Numbered from the stretch's first letter, positions 1 through 9,199 are shown. The stretch: 64,000 nucleotides of DNA from Acidobacteriota bacterium (GCA_965205505.1 CBDBHB010000009.1:1824001-1888000), one strand, 5' to 3'. Numbers and translations: made by a program. The notes: generated by a model from the letters alone, not told the origin.

Positions 1-326
1 CGGCGCGCTTGCCTGCCTGACGGCGGCAATGCCAGCGTCGATCGGGGCCCAGGAACCGATGTGGATCTACAACGTCGACGCGTAGGCCGACTCCGGAGGC
101 ATTCCGCGTCGTCGAGGGTCGCCTGGCGTTGTTTTCGGATCGGCCCCGGGGCAACACGCTGGCCGCCTTCGATCGCGTCCAGGACAAGAGCGCGATGCGC
201 ATTCGCTTCTACGAGATCGGTGAGCGCTCATTCCGTTGGCGCTCCGCGCGCAGCTGGGACGCCGGCGAAACTTGCATCGAGGACTACCAGTACACGGACT
301 GCGAGCGCGCGCAGTCCAGACCGTGA
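1..326 (+). pseudogene. Disrupted secreted hypothetical protein (3' part; DUF1579-like ending), cut by window edge
   Basis: A signal-peptide-like frame (GALACLTAAMPASIGAQ) stops at TAG near 83. A second frame (129-326) ends RIRFYEIGERSFRWRSARSWDAGET, which resembles DUF1579-type C-termini. Confidence 0.3.
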
Positions 327-350
327 AGCTAGCGCCACCTGACGCACCCG

Positions 351-3300
351 CTACTGTTGCTGATGGCGAGGGTACGTGAACCTCAGATCCGGATAGTCGG
401 GCGGTGTCGGAATGGCGCGTGGGTCCTCGGCGATCTTCTGTAGCAGGTACTCGATGGCGGTGTCGAGCTGGGCATCTTCGCCGTTGAAGGTGGCGTGCGG
501 CAGGTTGATTACCTCGATGTCGGGCACCACGCCCCACTGCTCGATCAGCCACTCGCCCTCGGGGCCGTACACGCCGCTCATCGGGGCTCGGGCCAAGCCG
601 CCGTCGCTGAGACGATTCGACGACGAGAGCCAGATCTCACCGCCCCAGGTGCGGGTACCAATCACCGGGCCCATACCCAGGCGACGGAACCCCTCGGCAA
701 AAGCCTCACCGTCCGAGGCGGTGTTCTCATCGACCAGCACCACCATGTGGCCGCGGAAGGCGTACTGCATGTTCCAGGTCGGCCGACCGACGCGACTCTT
801 CCAGTAAAACCAGGCCGGTCGCATCAGCTTATCGAGGATGACGCTGTCGATGTTGCCGCCGCGGTTGCGGCGCACGTCGACGATCAAGCCCGGCCGATCG
901 TGAACTGGGTAGAACTGTCGATACCAGGCGTTGATGTCGCTGGATCCCATCGCCCGCAGATGGACGTAGCCGATCTGGCCGGCGGCCGCCTCTTCAACCT
1001 CCAGCCGCCGCGAGTACTCCCAGTCGGTGTAGCGCAGGTTCAGCTCGTTGGCGGCGGGCACGACGATGACATCGTGGCCCTCCCCGCCAGCTCCGGATCG
1101 CACACGCAGCAGCACCTGCTGACCCTGCTGGTTTCGGAGCAACGCGCCGATGTGGCCTACCGACAGCGTGGCGACGCCGTTGACCGCTTCGATGACGTCA
1201 CCGTCGGCAATGTCCAGGTCGGGATCCGCCAGGGGCGACAGCTCGTCCGGGTAGTCCGGGTCACCCTGGTAGATGTGGTCGATGCGGTATCCCCCAGCGT
1301 CGGGGTCGCGGACCAGGCGAGCTCCGAGGCTGGCGACCGCCACGTCGTCGTCGCCCTCGCGAGTGTCACCGCCACGAACGCTGGTGTGCAACGCCGACAG
1401 CTCACCGATTACGCGACCGATCAGCTGGTTCAGCTCGGCGCGGGTGGTCACGCGGCCGACGAGCTCGAGGTATTTCTCCAACACCACGTCCCAGGCAAGC
1501 CCATGCATGCCCGGGTCGTAGAAATAGACGCGTTCGAGGCGCCACGCGTCGATGAAGATCTGCCGCCAGTCGGCCGCGACGTCGATCGAGAACGTCCACC
1601 CGCTGAGGTCCACCTCGTGGTTGGCAAGGCTGCCGTTTGCACTACTCGGCTTGGCATCGATGACGTAGATATCGCTGCTACGCCGCACCATCAGCTTCTT
1701 GCCGTCGGCCGACATCTCATAGTCGGCGATCTCCTCGAGAACCTGCTCAGGCTCAGGATCGTCATTGCCGATGGCCATGCCCATCAGATGCCCGCGGGAG
1801 CTGCCGGACTCGCGCGCCCGCCAGAACAGGGCGTCTTTGGTCACCGACAGATTCGCGTAGTTGCCGGGCTCGACCGGCACTTCCTTGACGCGCCGCGCGA
1901 TGCCGTTGAGGTCGACGGGCATGCTGCTGTCGCTCGAGTCTTCGGTCTCGCTATCGCCGTCTGGCGAGGCCGCCGCCGAGTCCCCGGCCGCTTCGAGCGC
2001 ACGGCTGATCTCGTCATCTGGCGTGAACGGCGAGCGCAGGCCGGCCCGCATGGAGATCTGGTAGATCTTCATCGTGCGGTCGAAGTACGGCTCGGGCGCA
2101 CGCGGCCCCCACGGGCTGCCGACCGATGTGCGCAGGTTGCGGTCGGACAGAAAGTACAACCAGTCGCCGTCAGGGCCGCAGGCCGGGCTGACGCTGTTGA
2201 CGCGGTCCGAGGTCAGCGCCGTCCGCGCCTCGGTGGCCACTTCGTACAGCCACAGTTGCGCGTAGGTGTTCATCGCGGCCTGTGCAAAGGCAAGCCAACC
2301 GCTGTCTGGTGACCAGGCAACGTCGAGGACCCCTTCGCGGTTCGTCGACACCAGGCGCTGCTCACCGGTACCCACTTCGAGCAGCCACAGTTCGTTGTTG
2401 TTGTCGCGATACACGACCCAGGAGCCATCCGGCGACGGCGTGCCCTGGAAGCGCAGCACCGCACCGTCATCGGTTATCGGCGTCTCATCGCCCACGCCGT
2501 TGGCCGGGATGGTGGCGAACTCGAGCTCGCCGCTGGCGTCCGTGAGGCCGAGCAGAGTGTCGCCATCGGGCATGAACACGACGTCGCGATAGCGCACGCC
2601 TTCGCGGCGCGAGGCGCGAACGAGTCGACCCGAGCCAGCAGGTGCCACGAACACCCGGCCGCGCGAGGTCAGCACGACGCTCTCACCGTCTGGGTGGATG
2701 TGCGCCGAGCTCAGGTAGTCCATCGGCTCGGTGACCCACTTTTCACGCAACTGATCAAAGTCGGACGCGAGGCTGATCGGCACCAGCTCATACGAGTCTG
2801 CGGCGATGTCATAGGTCCAGATATCGGCGCCGACCTGGTAGGCAATGTGCCCTTCAGAGAGCGTCGCTTCCTTCACGTCCCAGCCACTGTGCTGCGTGTG
2901 CTGCTGCAGATCGTCGCCCGACGGGCTCATCGACCAGATGTTCATCGTGCCGTCGCGTGGAGTCACGAAGTACACGCGGTCGTTCCACCACATCGGCGTG
3001 TGGCTCTCGCCGTCGTAGTCGTCGGTGAGCGGCTCAGCCTCGGCCGAGCCGGGCGCGTACTTCCAGATCTTGCGCGCCGTTCCGCCCATGTAGCGCTTGG
3101 TCACGTTACCGTGGAAGCCCGGGCGAACGAAGAAGAGGGTTGCGCCATCGTCGCCGTAGGTGGCCTCGCTGGCATCAGCCAACTGCACGACGGTGCGTGT
3201 GTTGGCGACCAGGTCGAGCTCGACCAGCTGGCGCTTCGGCAACGTTGAGTAGCTAGCGGTCGCGTACACCAGCTCGCCGGACGGCGTCCAACCGACGGGT

Positions 3301-3629
3301 ATCGAGGCGTCAGCCTCATAGGTCTGCCGCTTCGGCAGCCCGCCCGCCAGCGGCATCGTGTACACCTCGGTCACGCCCTCGTAGTTGCCGCCATAGGCGA
3401 GCGTGCGGCCGTCCGGGGAGATCGTCGGGTGGCTCTCTTCCTCTGCGTGAGTAGTCAGCCGCTGCGCCAGCCCGCCAGTCGTGCCGACCTTCCATAGGTC
3501 ACCTTCGGCCGCGAACACCAACGTGTCGCCGTGCAGCGTCGGATAGCGGTAGTACCCTTGCCTGCCCTCTTGCGACCAAGCAGCGGATGAGAACAGCAAC
3601 ACCGCAACAACTGCGACAACGCGACGCAT
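351..3629 (-). CDS. Tricorn protease homolog (S41 peptidase with beta-propellers and PDZ)
   Basis: Signal peptide MRRVVAVV after RBS AAGGAG; GYYRYPTLHGDTLVFAAEGDLW; PD40 repeats; DVRRNRGGN, ASDGE and GTRTWGG S41 motifs. True start is 3629, not 3902. Confidence 0.93.
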   Translation of the reverse strand: MRRVVAVVAVLLFSSAAWSQEGRQGYYRYPTLHGDTLVFAAEGDLWKVGTTGGLAQRLTTHAEEESHPTISPDGRTLAYGGNYEGVTEVYTMPLAGGLPKRQTYEADASIPVGWTPSGELVYATASYSTLPKRQLVELDLVANTRTVVQLADASEATYGDDGATLFFVRPGFHGNVTKRYMGGTARKIWKYAPGSAEAEPLTDDYDGESHTPMWWNDRVYFVTPRDGTMNIWSMSPSGDDLQQHTQHSGWDVKEATLSEGHIAYQVGADIWTYDIAADSYELVPISLASDFDQLREKWVTEPMDYLSSAHIHPDGESVVLTSRGRVFVAPAGSGRLVRASRREGVRYRDVVFMPDGDTLLGLTDASGELEFATIPANGVGDETPITDDGAVLRFQGTPSPDGSWVVYRDNNNELWLLEVGTGEQRLVSTNREGVLDVAWSPDSGWLAFAQAAMNTYAQLWLYEVATEARTALTSDRVNSVSPACGPDGDWLYFLSDRNLRTSVGSPWGPRAPEPYFDRTMKIYQISMRAGLRSPFTPDDEISRALEAAGDSAAASPDGDSETEDSSDSSMPVDLNGIARRVKEVPVEPGNYANLSVTKDALFWRARESGSSRGHLMGMAIGNDDPEPEQVLEEIADYEMSADGKKLMVRRSSDIYVIDAKPSSANGSLANHEVDLSGWTFSIDVAADWRQIFIDAWRLERVYFYDPGMHGLAWDVVLEKYLELVGRVTTRAELNQLIGRVIGELSALHTSVRGGDTREGDDDVAVASLGARLVRDPDAGGYRIDHIYQGDPDYPDELSPLADPDLDIADGDVIEAVNGVATLSVGHIGALLRNQQGQQVLLRVRSGAGGEGHDVIVVPAANELNLRYTDWEYSRRLEVEEAAAGQIGYVHLRAMGSSDINAWYRQFYPVHDRPGLIVDVRRNRGGNIDSVILDKLMRPAWFYWKSRVGRPTWNMQYAFRGHMVVLVDENTASDGEAFAEGFRRLGMGPVIGTRTWGGEIWLSSSNRLSDGGLARAPMSGVYGPEGEWLIEQWGVVPDIEVINLPHATFNGEDAQLDTAIEYLLQKIAEDPRAIPTPPDYPDLRFTYPRHQQQ

Positions 3630-3731
3630 GGTGAGTCTCCTTGATTTGGCGAGCGGGAGGATACTGTCAACGTAACGGAGATCATCGCAGAGTGCGGCCA
3701 TGATGGGTTCAGTCTGGCCGATTCGATCAAC

Positions 3732-3849
3732 GAGATCGTGGCGATCATCGCCGGCGAGCACGGCAAGACCAAGCCGGACGCGCGCGGAGAGATCCAACGC
3801 GGGCTCGAAACCGTGGACTTCGCGTGCGGGATCTCGCAGCTGCTCAAAC
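3732..3849 (+). pseudogene. mmsA: N-terminal-region fragment of a high-GC CoA-acylating methylmalonate-semialdehyde dehydrogenase
   Basis: EIVAIIAGEHGKTKPDARGEIQRGLETVDFACGISQLLK matches the MmsA EHGK...RGLEVVEFACGIP.LLK segment; it has no start and no continuation. Confidence 0.8.
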
Positions 3850-3916
3850 TCACCCCACCCCTGTCTGGGAGCGCCATGGAACCCGGCCCTCGATTGGGCC
3901 ACACTACGAGATCGGC

Positions 3917-3922
3917 TATAAT
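3917..3922 (+). promoter_or_regulatory. Putative -10 box (TATAAT) for the inserted mmsA/iolA
   Basis: Perfect TATAAT about 45 bp upstream of the ATG at 3967, followed by RBS GGAGG. Confidence 0.4.
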
Positions 3923-3966
3923 TACCGCCCGGTTACATCTAAATACCGTTCTCTTGGAGGTTAACA

Positions 3967-5550
3967 ATGTCAGAACAAGCTACTTCAACGTATTGTGCCG
4001 ACGGTGAGAGCCTCACATCACTGGCAGAACAACCCAAACAACTAAAATATTGCGTGAATGGTGAGTGGCTTACATCCAGCACTGAGACTTATATGGACTG
4101 CTACAACCCATCCACGGGCGAGATCATTGCTCAGGCTCCACAATGCACAGCAGAAGAAGTGAACTCAGCAGTCGCAGCAGCCAAGGCCGCTTATCCGGGA
4201 TGGTCTAATACCCCTGTGGTGCGACGTGTTCAGATCTTGTTCAAACTCAAGACACTACTCGAACAACATCTGGATGGGTTGACTGAGATACTCGCCCGAG
4301 AAATGGGAAAGGCTTGGGAAGAAGCAAAGGGAGACATCTTAAAAGTAATTGAAGTCGTCGACTTTTCCTGTGGTATGCCGCATCTCATGAAAGGGGAATC
4401 CCTGATGGATTGCAGCACGGATTATGATACGACTATGTATCATCATCCAGTTGGTGTTTTTGCTGGAATCGCCCCCTGGAATTTTCCCGCAATGATCCCC
4501 CAGGGTTGGATGGCTCCGATTTGTATCGCCGCGGGAAATTGTTTCGTACTGAAAGCCGCTAGCTTTGTTCCTCAAACATCAATGCGAATCACGGAACTAT
4601 GGTATGAGGCCGGGCTCCCCAAAGGCGTTTTGAACGTAGTAACCACCAGCCGGAATGAAGCGGAACTGCTACTCGAGCATCCTGATATCGCTGGTGTTAC
4701 TTTTGTGGGCTCAACCAAAGTCGGCCAGCATATTTACTCGACCGCCGCCGCGAATGGCAAACGGGTTCAAGCTCTGACTGAAGCCAAGAACCACGCCCTG
4801 GTCTTGGAAGACTGTGTCCTGGAAAGGACAGCCAGGGGAATTGTCAACGCGTTCTGCGGGTGTGCCGGCCAACGGTGCATGGCGCTTCCGGTTGTTTGTG
4901 TTGAAGAGAGTATTGCCGACAGGTTGGTTGAATCTCTGGTGCGACTCTCCTCCGAATTAACATTGGGACCGGCCTATGAACGAAGCACTGGCGTTGGACC
5001 GGTAGTGAACAAGGGCCATTTGAAATACGTCACTGATTGGATTCAAACGGGTGTTGACGAAGGGGCTACACTCGTTCTTGATGGCCGCAACCCTGACGTG
5101 CCGGGTTATGACAGTGGCTTTTATGTTGGACCAACCATCTTTGATCACGTGACCGAAGATATGACGGTTGGGCGGGATGAAGTCTTCGGGCCTGTTATCT
5201 GCGTAAAACGCATCCAAGACTTTGAAGAAGGCCTGGCCATTATGAACAACAGTGAGTTTGCCAATGGTTCGTCGATCTATACTCAAAGCGGCTATTACGC
5301 CCGTGAGTTTTCCAAACGAACTCATGGTGGCATGGTTGGTGTGAACGTTGGTATTCCAGTCCCTCTGGGAATCTTTGGTTTCACCGGACAGAAGAAATCA
5401 TTCTTTGGTGATTTACATACCATGGGAAAGGACGGTGTGAGGTTCTTTACCGAACTAAAGTGTGTCACCACTACCTGGTTTACGGAAGACATGGGATCGG
5501 ACAAGGTCAATACCTGGGACGGAACCATCGATGTTGGGTCGAACGACTGA
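3967..5550 (+). CDS. mmsA: CoA-acylating (methyl)malonate-semialdehyde dehydrogenase, intact, lower GC than its surroundings
   Basis: IAPWNFPAMIP, FVGSTKVG, EAKNH, catalytic GCAGQRCMA, EVFGPV and GMVGVNVGIPVP motifs; many A/T-ending codons. Confidence 0.93.
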   Translation: MSEQATSTYCADGESLTSLAEQPKQLKYCVNGEWLTSSTETYMDCYNPSTGEIIAQAPQCTAEEVNSAVAAAKAAYPGWSNTPVVRRVQILFKLKTLLEQHLDGLTEILAREMGKAWEEAKGDILKVIEVVDFSCGMPHLMKGESLMDCSTDYDTTMYHHPVGVFAGIAPWNFPAMIPQGWMAPICIAAGNCFVLKAASFVPQTSMRITELWYEAGLPKGVLNVVTTSRNEAELLLEHPDIAGVTFVGSTKVGQHIYSTAAANGKRVQALTEAKNHALVLEDCVLERTARGIVNAFCGCAGQRCMALPVVCVEESIADRLVESLVRLSSELTLGPAYERSTGVGPVVNKGHLKYVTDWIQTGVDEGATLVLDGRNPDVPGYDSGFYVGPTIFDHVTEDMTVGRDEVFGPVICVKRIQDFEEGLAIMNNSEFANGSSIYTQSGYYAREFSKRTHGGMVGVNVGIPVPLGIFGFTGQKKSFFGDLHTMGKDGVRFFTELKCVTTTWFTEDMGSDKVNTWDGTIDVGSND

Positions 5551-5699
5551 GCTCCTAATATTTGGCGTTTGTCAGGTAATCTCGTTTCGTTGACGTTTCA
5601 TACATGCTGCAGCAGCAATACGACCGGCAGGTTTGACGCTGCGCGGTACGTGAGGACGGATCGGTAGAGCCCTCAGCTGCATGGGTATCTCTTTCTACG

Positions 5700-6292
5700 G
5701 TCCTCTCGAGGAGGGAGCTTCCATCGTCACGGACGGCCGCGGCCTGAGTGTTCCGGGTTGCGAAGGAGGCTTGTTCGTCGGCCCGACATTGTTCGATCAC
5801 GTCAAGCCTCCGATGCGAATCTATCGCGAGGAGATCTTCGGCCCAGTGCTGGCGATTGGGGCCATTTGCGGCGTTGGCCTTCCTCGACGATGGCTAGGGC
5901 ATCGCCAGTGTCAGGCCGCCTTGCATCTGGCCCCAACTCGCCGTAACCAGACCCACCACACTTTCACCACGGCCTGCTAGCACTTCACCGATGCCATCGA
6001 GCTGGTCAACAACAACGAATTCGCAAACGGAACCGCGATCTTCACGAACGATGGCGGCGCTGCCTGGCGCTTTCAGCAAGAGATTCAGGTGGGTATGGTG
6101 GGCATCAACGTGCCGATACCCGTACCGATGGCCTATCACTCGTTCGGTGGGTAGAAGAGCTCGCTGTTCGGCGCGTGTTCGATCTACGGTCCAGAAGGTG
6201 TGCACTTCTACACGCGACCGAAGGTCGTGACGACCCGCTGGGCCGACTCGTCTCAGCGCGGCGTCGATCTGGGCTTCCCACGCTCGCACTAG
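5700..6292 (+). pseudogene. mmsA: C-terminal fragment of the high-GC mmsA, interrupted by a half-MITE and an in-frame TAG
   Basis: [11 protein letters not shown]...[28 protein letters not shown], then the repeat at 5851-5980, then [22 protein letters not shown]...[26 protein letters not shown]...FYTRPKVVTTRW. Confidence 0.88.
5851..5980. repeat. Family-A MITE, half copy (one hairpin module plus one terminal repeat ending CTAG)
   Basis: Near-identical to the reverse complement of 9200-9330; ends CCAGACCCACCACACTTTCACCACGGCCTGCTAG. Confidence 0.9.
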
Positions 6293-6389
6293 ATGAGATG
6301 AGAAGGCCAACCTCCTGAACGCAGTAGCCTGACGGCTCTGCAAACGTTTCTTCAAACGTAACGGGCTCGAAGCCCAAGGAGGTTGGCCG

Positions 6390-7436
6390 ATGACAAGTGT
6401 AACGATTGGACTGGACGTAAGCGACCGGTACAGCCGTATGTGCGTGCTCGACAGTAAGGGCAGGGTGATGGAGGAAGGGCGGGTGAGGACGAGCCCGGAG
6501 GGGCTGGCGAGGCGGTTCGGGTGCGAGGAGCCCGCTCGAGTAGTGCTGGAGGTTGGAACGCACTCGCCGTGGATGAGTGAGCAGTTGAAGCAACTGGGTC
6601 ATGAGGTGCTGGTGGCTAACCCGAGGCGGCTGAAGCTGATCTATGGCGAGCACGACAAGACCGACCGGTTGGATGCCGAGCACCTGGCACGAGTGGGCAG
6701 AATGGACCCAAAGCTGCTTAAGACGGTGCAGCATCGAGGCAGACAAGCGCGAGCGGATCTAGCCGTGATTCGGAGCCGAGATGCTCTGGTAAAGAGCCGC
6801 ACGCAGTTGGTGAGCCATGTGCGTGGTGCGGTCAAGTCGGCCGGTTGTCGTATTCCCAGGTGCTCGACGCCGGCGTTCGCGCGCACCGCGCCAGAGCACA
6901 TACCGGAGCGGCTCAAGGGAGCGCTCGAGCCGGTGCTTGAAACGATCGCCATGCTGACGGGCAACATCCAGCAATACGAGCGTCAGATCGCGCAGCTGTG
7001 CCAGGGGCGATACCCGGAGACACAGCAGCTCCAGCAAGTGGCCGGGGTCGGAGCTCTGACCGCACTGGCGTATGTGCTGACGCTCGAGGAGCCGGAACGG
7101 TTCAATACCTCCAGAGCCGTGGGCCCGTACCTGGGACTGAGACCGAAGAAACGGCAGTCGGGGGACAAGGACCCTGCGCTACGAATAACCAAGGCGGGCG
7201 ACAAAATGCTCCGACGCCTGTTGGTGGGCTCGGCGCATTACATCCTGGGCCCCTTCGGGCCCGATACTGAGCTCAGACGCTGGGGGCTCAAGCTGGCCGG
7301 ACGCGGTGGTCCTCATGGCAACAAAAAGGCAGCAGTTGCTGTCGCCCGTAAGCTCGCCGTTGTGCTGCACCGACTGTGGCTGAGTGGAGACGAGTACGAA
7401 CCGTTGCGCGCACCTGTAGAGGTTTCAGCAGCATGA
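6390..7436 (+). CDS. IS110-family DEDD transposase/recombinase
   Basis: IGLDVS, VLEVG, KTDRLDA (RuvC-like DEDD), GVGALTA, and GLRPKKRQSG carrying the conserved Ser; ends AVARKL. Confidence 0.96.
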   Translation: MTSVTIGLDVSDRYSRMCVLDSKGRVMEEGRVRTSPEGLARRFGCEEPARVVLEVGTHSPWMSEQLKQLGHEVLVANPRRLKLIYGEHDKTDRLDAEHLARVGRMDPKLLKTVQHRGRQARADLAVIRSRDALVKSRTQLVSHVRGAVKSAGCRIPRCSTPAFARTAPEHIPERLKGALEPVLETIAMLTGNIQQYERQIAQLCQGRYPETQQLQQVAGVGALTALAYVLTLEEPERFNTSRAVGPYLGLRPKKRQSGDKDPALRITKAGDKMLRRLLVGSAHYILGPFGPDTELRRWGLKLAGRGGPHGNKKAAVAVARKLAVVLHRLWLSGDEYEPLRAPVEVSAA

Positions 7437-7682
7437 ACTAACCCGCAACCAGGAGGTCGGTAGGGCGACGCGACCCAACGGTTATCGATCTGACCGCCCG
7501 GTCCGGGCGACTGCGAAGGTCACTACGAGCTTCGAGCTCGGCAGCTAGATTGCAGCGCCTCGAATCGGGACGGACCCCAGAATGCACCGGACGACCTGAA
7601 TCCTCGTCCACCAGAGTGCGAATAGGAGCATGGCGTGCAGATCGATTCTTCGCTGGGCACCACATTGCCCTTGACCGAACTA
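7437..7682 (+). ncRNA. Putative bridge RNA / seekRNA in the 3' non-coding region of the IS1111 element
   Basis: Stem CTGCGA/TTGCAG encloses AGGTCACTA, hairpin CGAGCT-TCG-AGCTCG, and GCAGCTAG (7511-7555); these segments match the insertion site. Transcript ends are unknown. Confidence 0.72.
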
Positions 7683-7696
7683 GGCCTTCTCATAGA

Positions 7697-8000
7697 AGTG
7701 GCCTGTAACAGATGATCGTTGCATATCGCAGATGGGATTTGCGGGCGCCTTGGATCTGCGCCCTTGGCGACGTAACCAGACCCATCACACTTCCATCACG
7801 GCCTGCTGGACATCGTCCAGGAGCCGCAACGCCGATATCGCCCGCAACTGCCCATCTGTCCGGAGGATGGGGGCGAACTGGGCCCGTCTGCGGCGTTGCT
7901 CCTCCTCCAAGATGGGCAAACATCGTCTCGTCGGAGCGCCTGACATCCGGGCCCATTTCGCCACCACGATAGGCAACGATCATCTGTTACAGGCCACTAG
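7697..8000. mobile_element. Family-B MITE with 32-bp terminal inverted repeats; contains a degenerate family-A fragment (about 7745-7809)
   Basis: AGTGGCCTGTAACAGATGATCGTTGCATATCG (7697-7728) versus CGATAGGCAACGATCATCTGTTACAGGCCACT (7967-7998), one mismatch; ends in CTAG; no credible ORF. Confidence 0.88.
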
Positions 8001-8126
8001 AGCCGCGAAGCAAGGGGAACGAGCCGATGACTTGCTCGGTACCTGGTGAGCGACGCGAGCGGGGATTAGGGTACAGGGAACGACTGCCAAACAACGTTCG
8101 GGAAACCAATCCGGAGGTGAAACCAG

Positions 8127-9119
8127 ATGAACCTCAGAAGCGGTCTGCTGCTTGTGTTCCTCGCTCTATTGGGCCTCGGAATCCCGTCGACCTGGGCCTC
8201 TTTGGGTCAGGGCTCGAGAGGCTCCCAGGACCAAAATCCCGAGCTACCCGCGTGGCAATGGCCATGGGAGAGAATCGAAGACGCCGTCGGCCAAGCAACG
8301 GCAGGTAAGGATCTCACTCCGGATCCCTGGCCGGGCGGCAACCGTGTTGCCGTGGCGTTGAGCTTTGACTTGGACAACGAGACTTTGTTCCTCAGCAGCG
8401 GTCAGACCTCGCCGGCATTGATGGCCGAAGGGGCGTATGGCAGTCGTGCCGGTCTGCCGCGGATTCTGGATGTGCTCGAGCGCTACGAGATTCCAGCCAG
8501 CTTCTTTATCCCGGCCGTGATCGCCCGCCTCAACCCTGACGCGATTCGTAACATTGTCGATGCGGGGCACGAGATCGGGCTTCACGGCTGGATCCACGAG
8601 GCCAACTCGGAGCTTAGCGAAGCCGAGGATCGCGAGTTGATGGGGCGCGCGATCCGGACGATCGAAGAGCTGACCTCCAAGAAGATCGTCGGCATCCGCA
8701 CCCCCTCATGGGACTACAGCGCCAACACTCCGAAGCTGATCGAAGAGTACGGCCTGCTCTACGACAGCAGCTTGATGGCTGACGACCGGCCGTATCAGTT
8801 GGTCTACAAGGGCAATCCCACTCCGATCGTCGAGCTTCCGGTGACCTGGATCCTCGACGACTGGCCCTACTTCTCGATGAGTGGGGGGGCATCGCTACGT
8901 ACGTTCATAACTCCGGAGGAGGTACTGGAGATCTGGAAGCTGGAGTTCGACCGCGCCTACGAAGAGGGGACGCTTTTCCTTCTGACCAACCATCCGCACA
9001 TCATCGGTCGACGTTCGCGTATCGTCGTGCTCGAGGAGCTCGTGCGGTATATGAGATCGTTCTCCGGTGTTTGGTTCGCGACCCACGAGGAGGTCGCCCG
9101 GGCCGTACAGATGTCGTGA
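8127..9119 (+). CDS. Secreted polysaccharide deacetylase (CE4, PuuE/PgdA-like)
   Basis: Signal peptide; SFDLD, HEIGLHGWIH, GIRTPSW, YDSSLM and NHPHIIG motifs. Confidence 0.9.
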   Translation: MNLRSGLLLVFLALLGLGIPSTWASLGQGSRGSQDQNPELPAWQWPWERIEDAVGQATAGKDLTPDPWPGGNRVAVALSFDLDNETLFLSSGQTSPALMAEGAYGSRAGLPRILDVLERYEIPASFFIPAVIARLNPDAIRNIVDAGHEIGLHGWIHEANSELSEAEDRELMGRAIRTIEELTSKKIVGIRTPSWDYSANTPKLIEEYGLLYDSSLMADDRPYQLVYKGNPTPIVELPVTWILDDWPYFSMSGGASLRTFITPEEVLEIWKLEFDRAYEEGTLFLLTNHPHIIGRRSRIVVLEELVRYMRSFSGVWFATHEEVARAVQMS

Positions 9120-9199
9120 CGTAGCCCCCGTCGTCGGCAACGTGAGCGCCTTGATCTCGTTTTCGAGTCAGCGCCGTCGATCCCGATTTCGATCGCCGC

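Larger units (their letters stand above)
6291..7696 (+). mobile_element. IS110-family insertion sequence, IS1111 subgroup
   Basis: Sub-terminal inverted repeats ATGAGAAGGCC (6298-6308) and GGCCTTCTCAT (7683-7693) lie 7 and 3 bp from the ends; long 3' non-coding region; no target duplication; removal restores CACTAGTGGCCTGTAAC. Confidence 0.92.

Noticed and set aside
495-2312. Long antisense ORFs (here and at 18774, 38155, 41525, 62027 and others)
   Set aside because: These are shadow frames of well-supported genes, expected in high-GC DNA, and have no recognisable motifs.
3630-3902. 91-aa N-terminal extension of the tricorn protease in the ORF track
   Set aside because: It is the antisense of the mmsA fragment; the RBS and signal peptide place the start at 3629.
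6150-6155. In-frame TAG in the old mmsA as pyrrolysine or stop-codon recoding
   Set aside because: It is a simple TGG-to-TAG change in an already fragmented gene, and TAG is used as a normal stop throughout the window.
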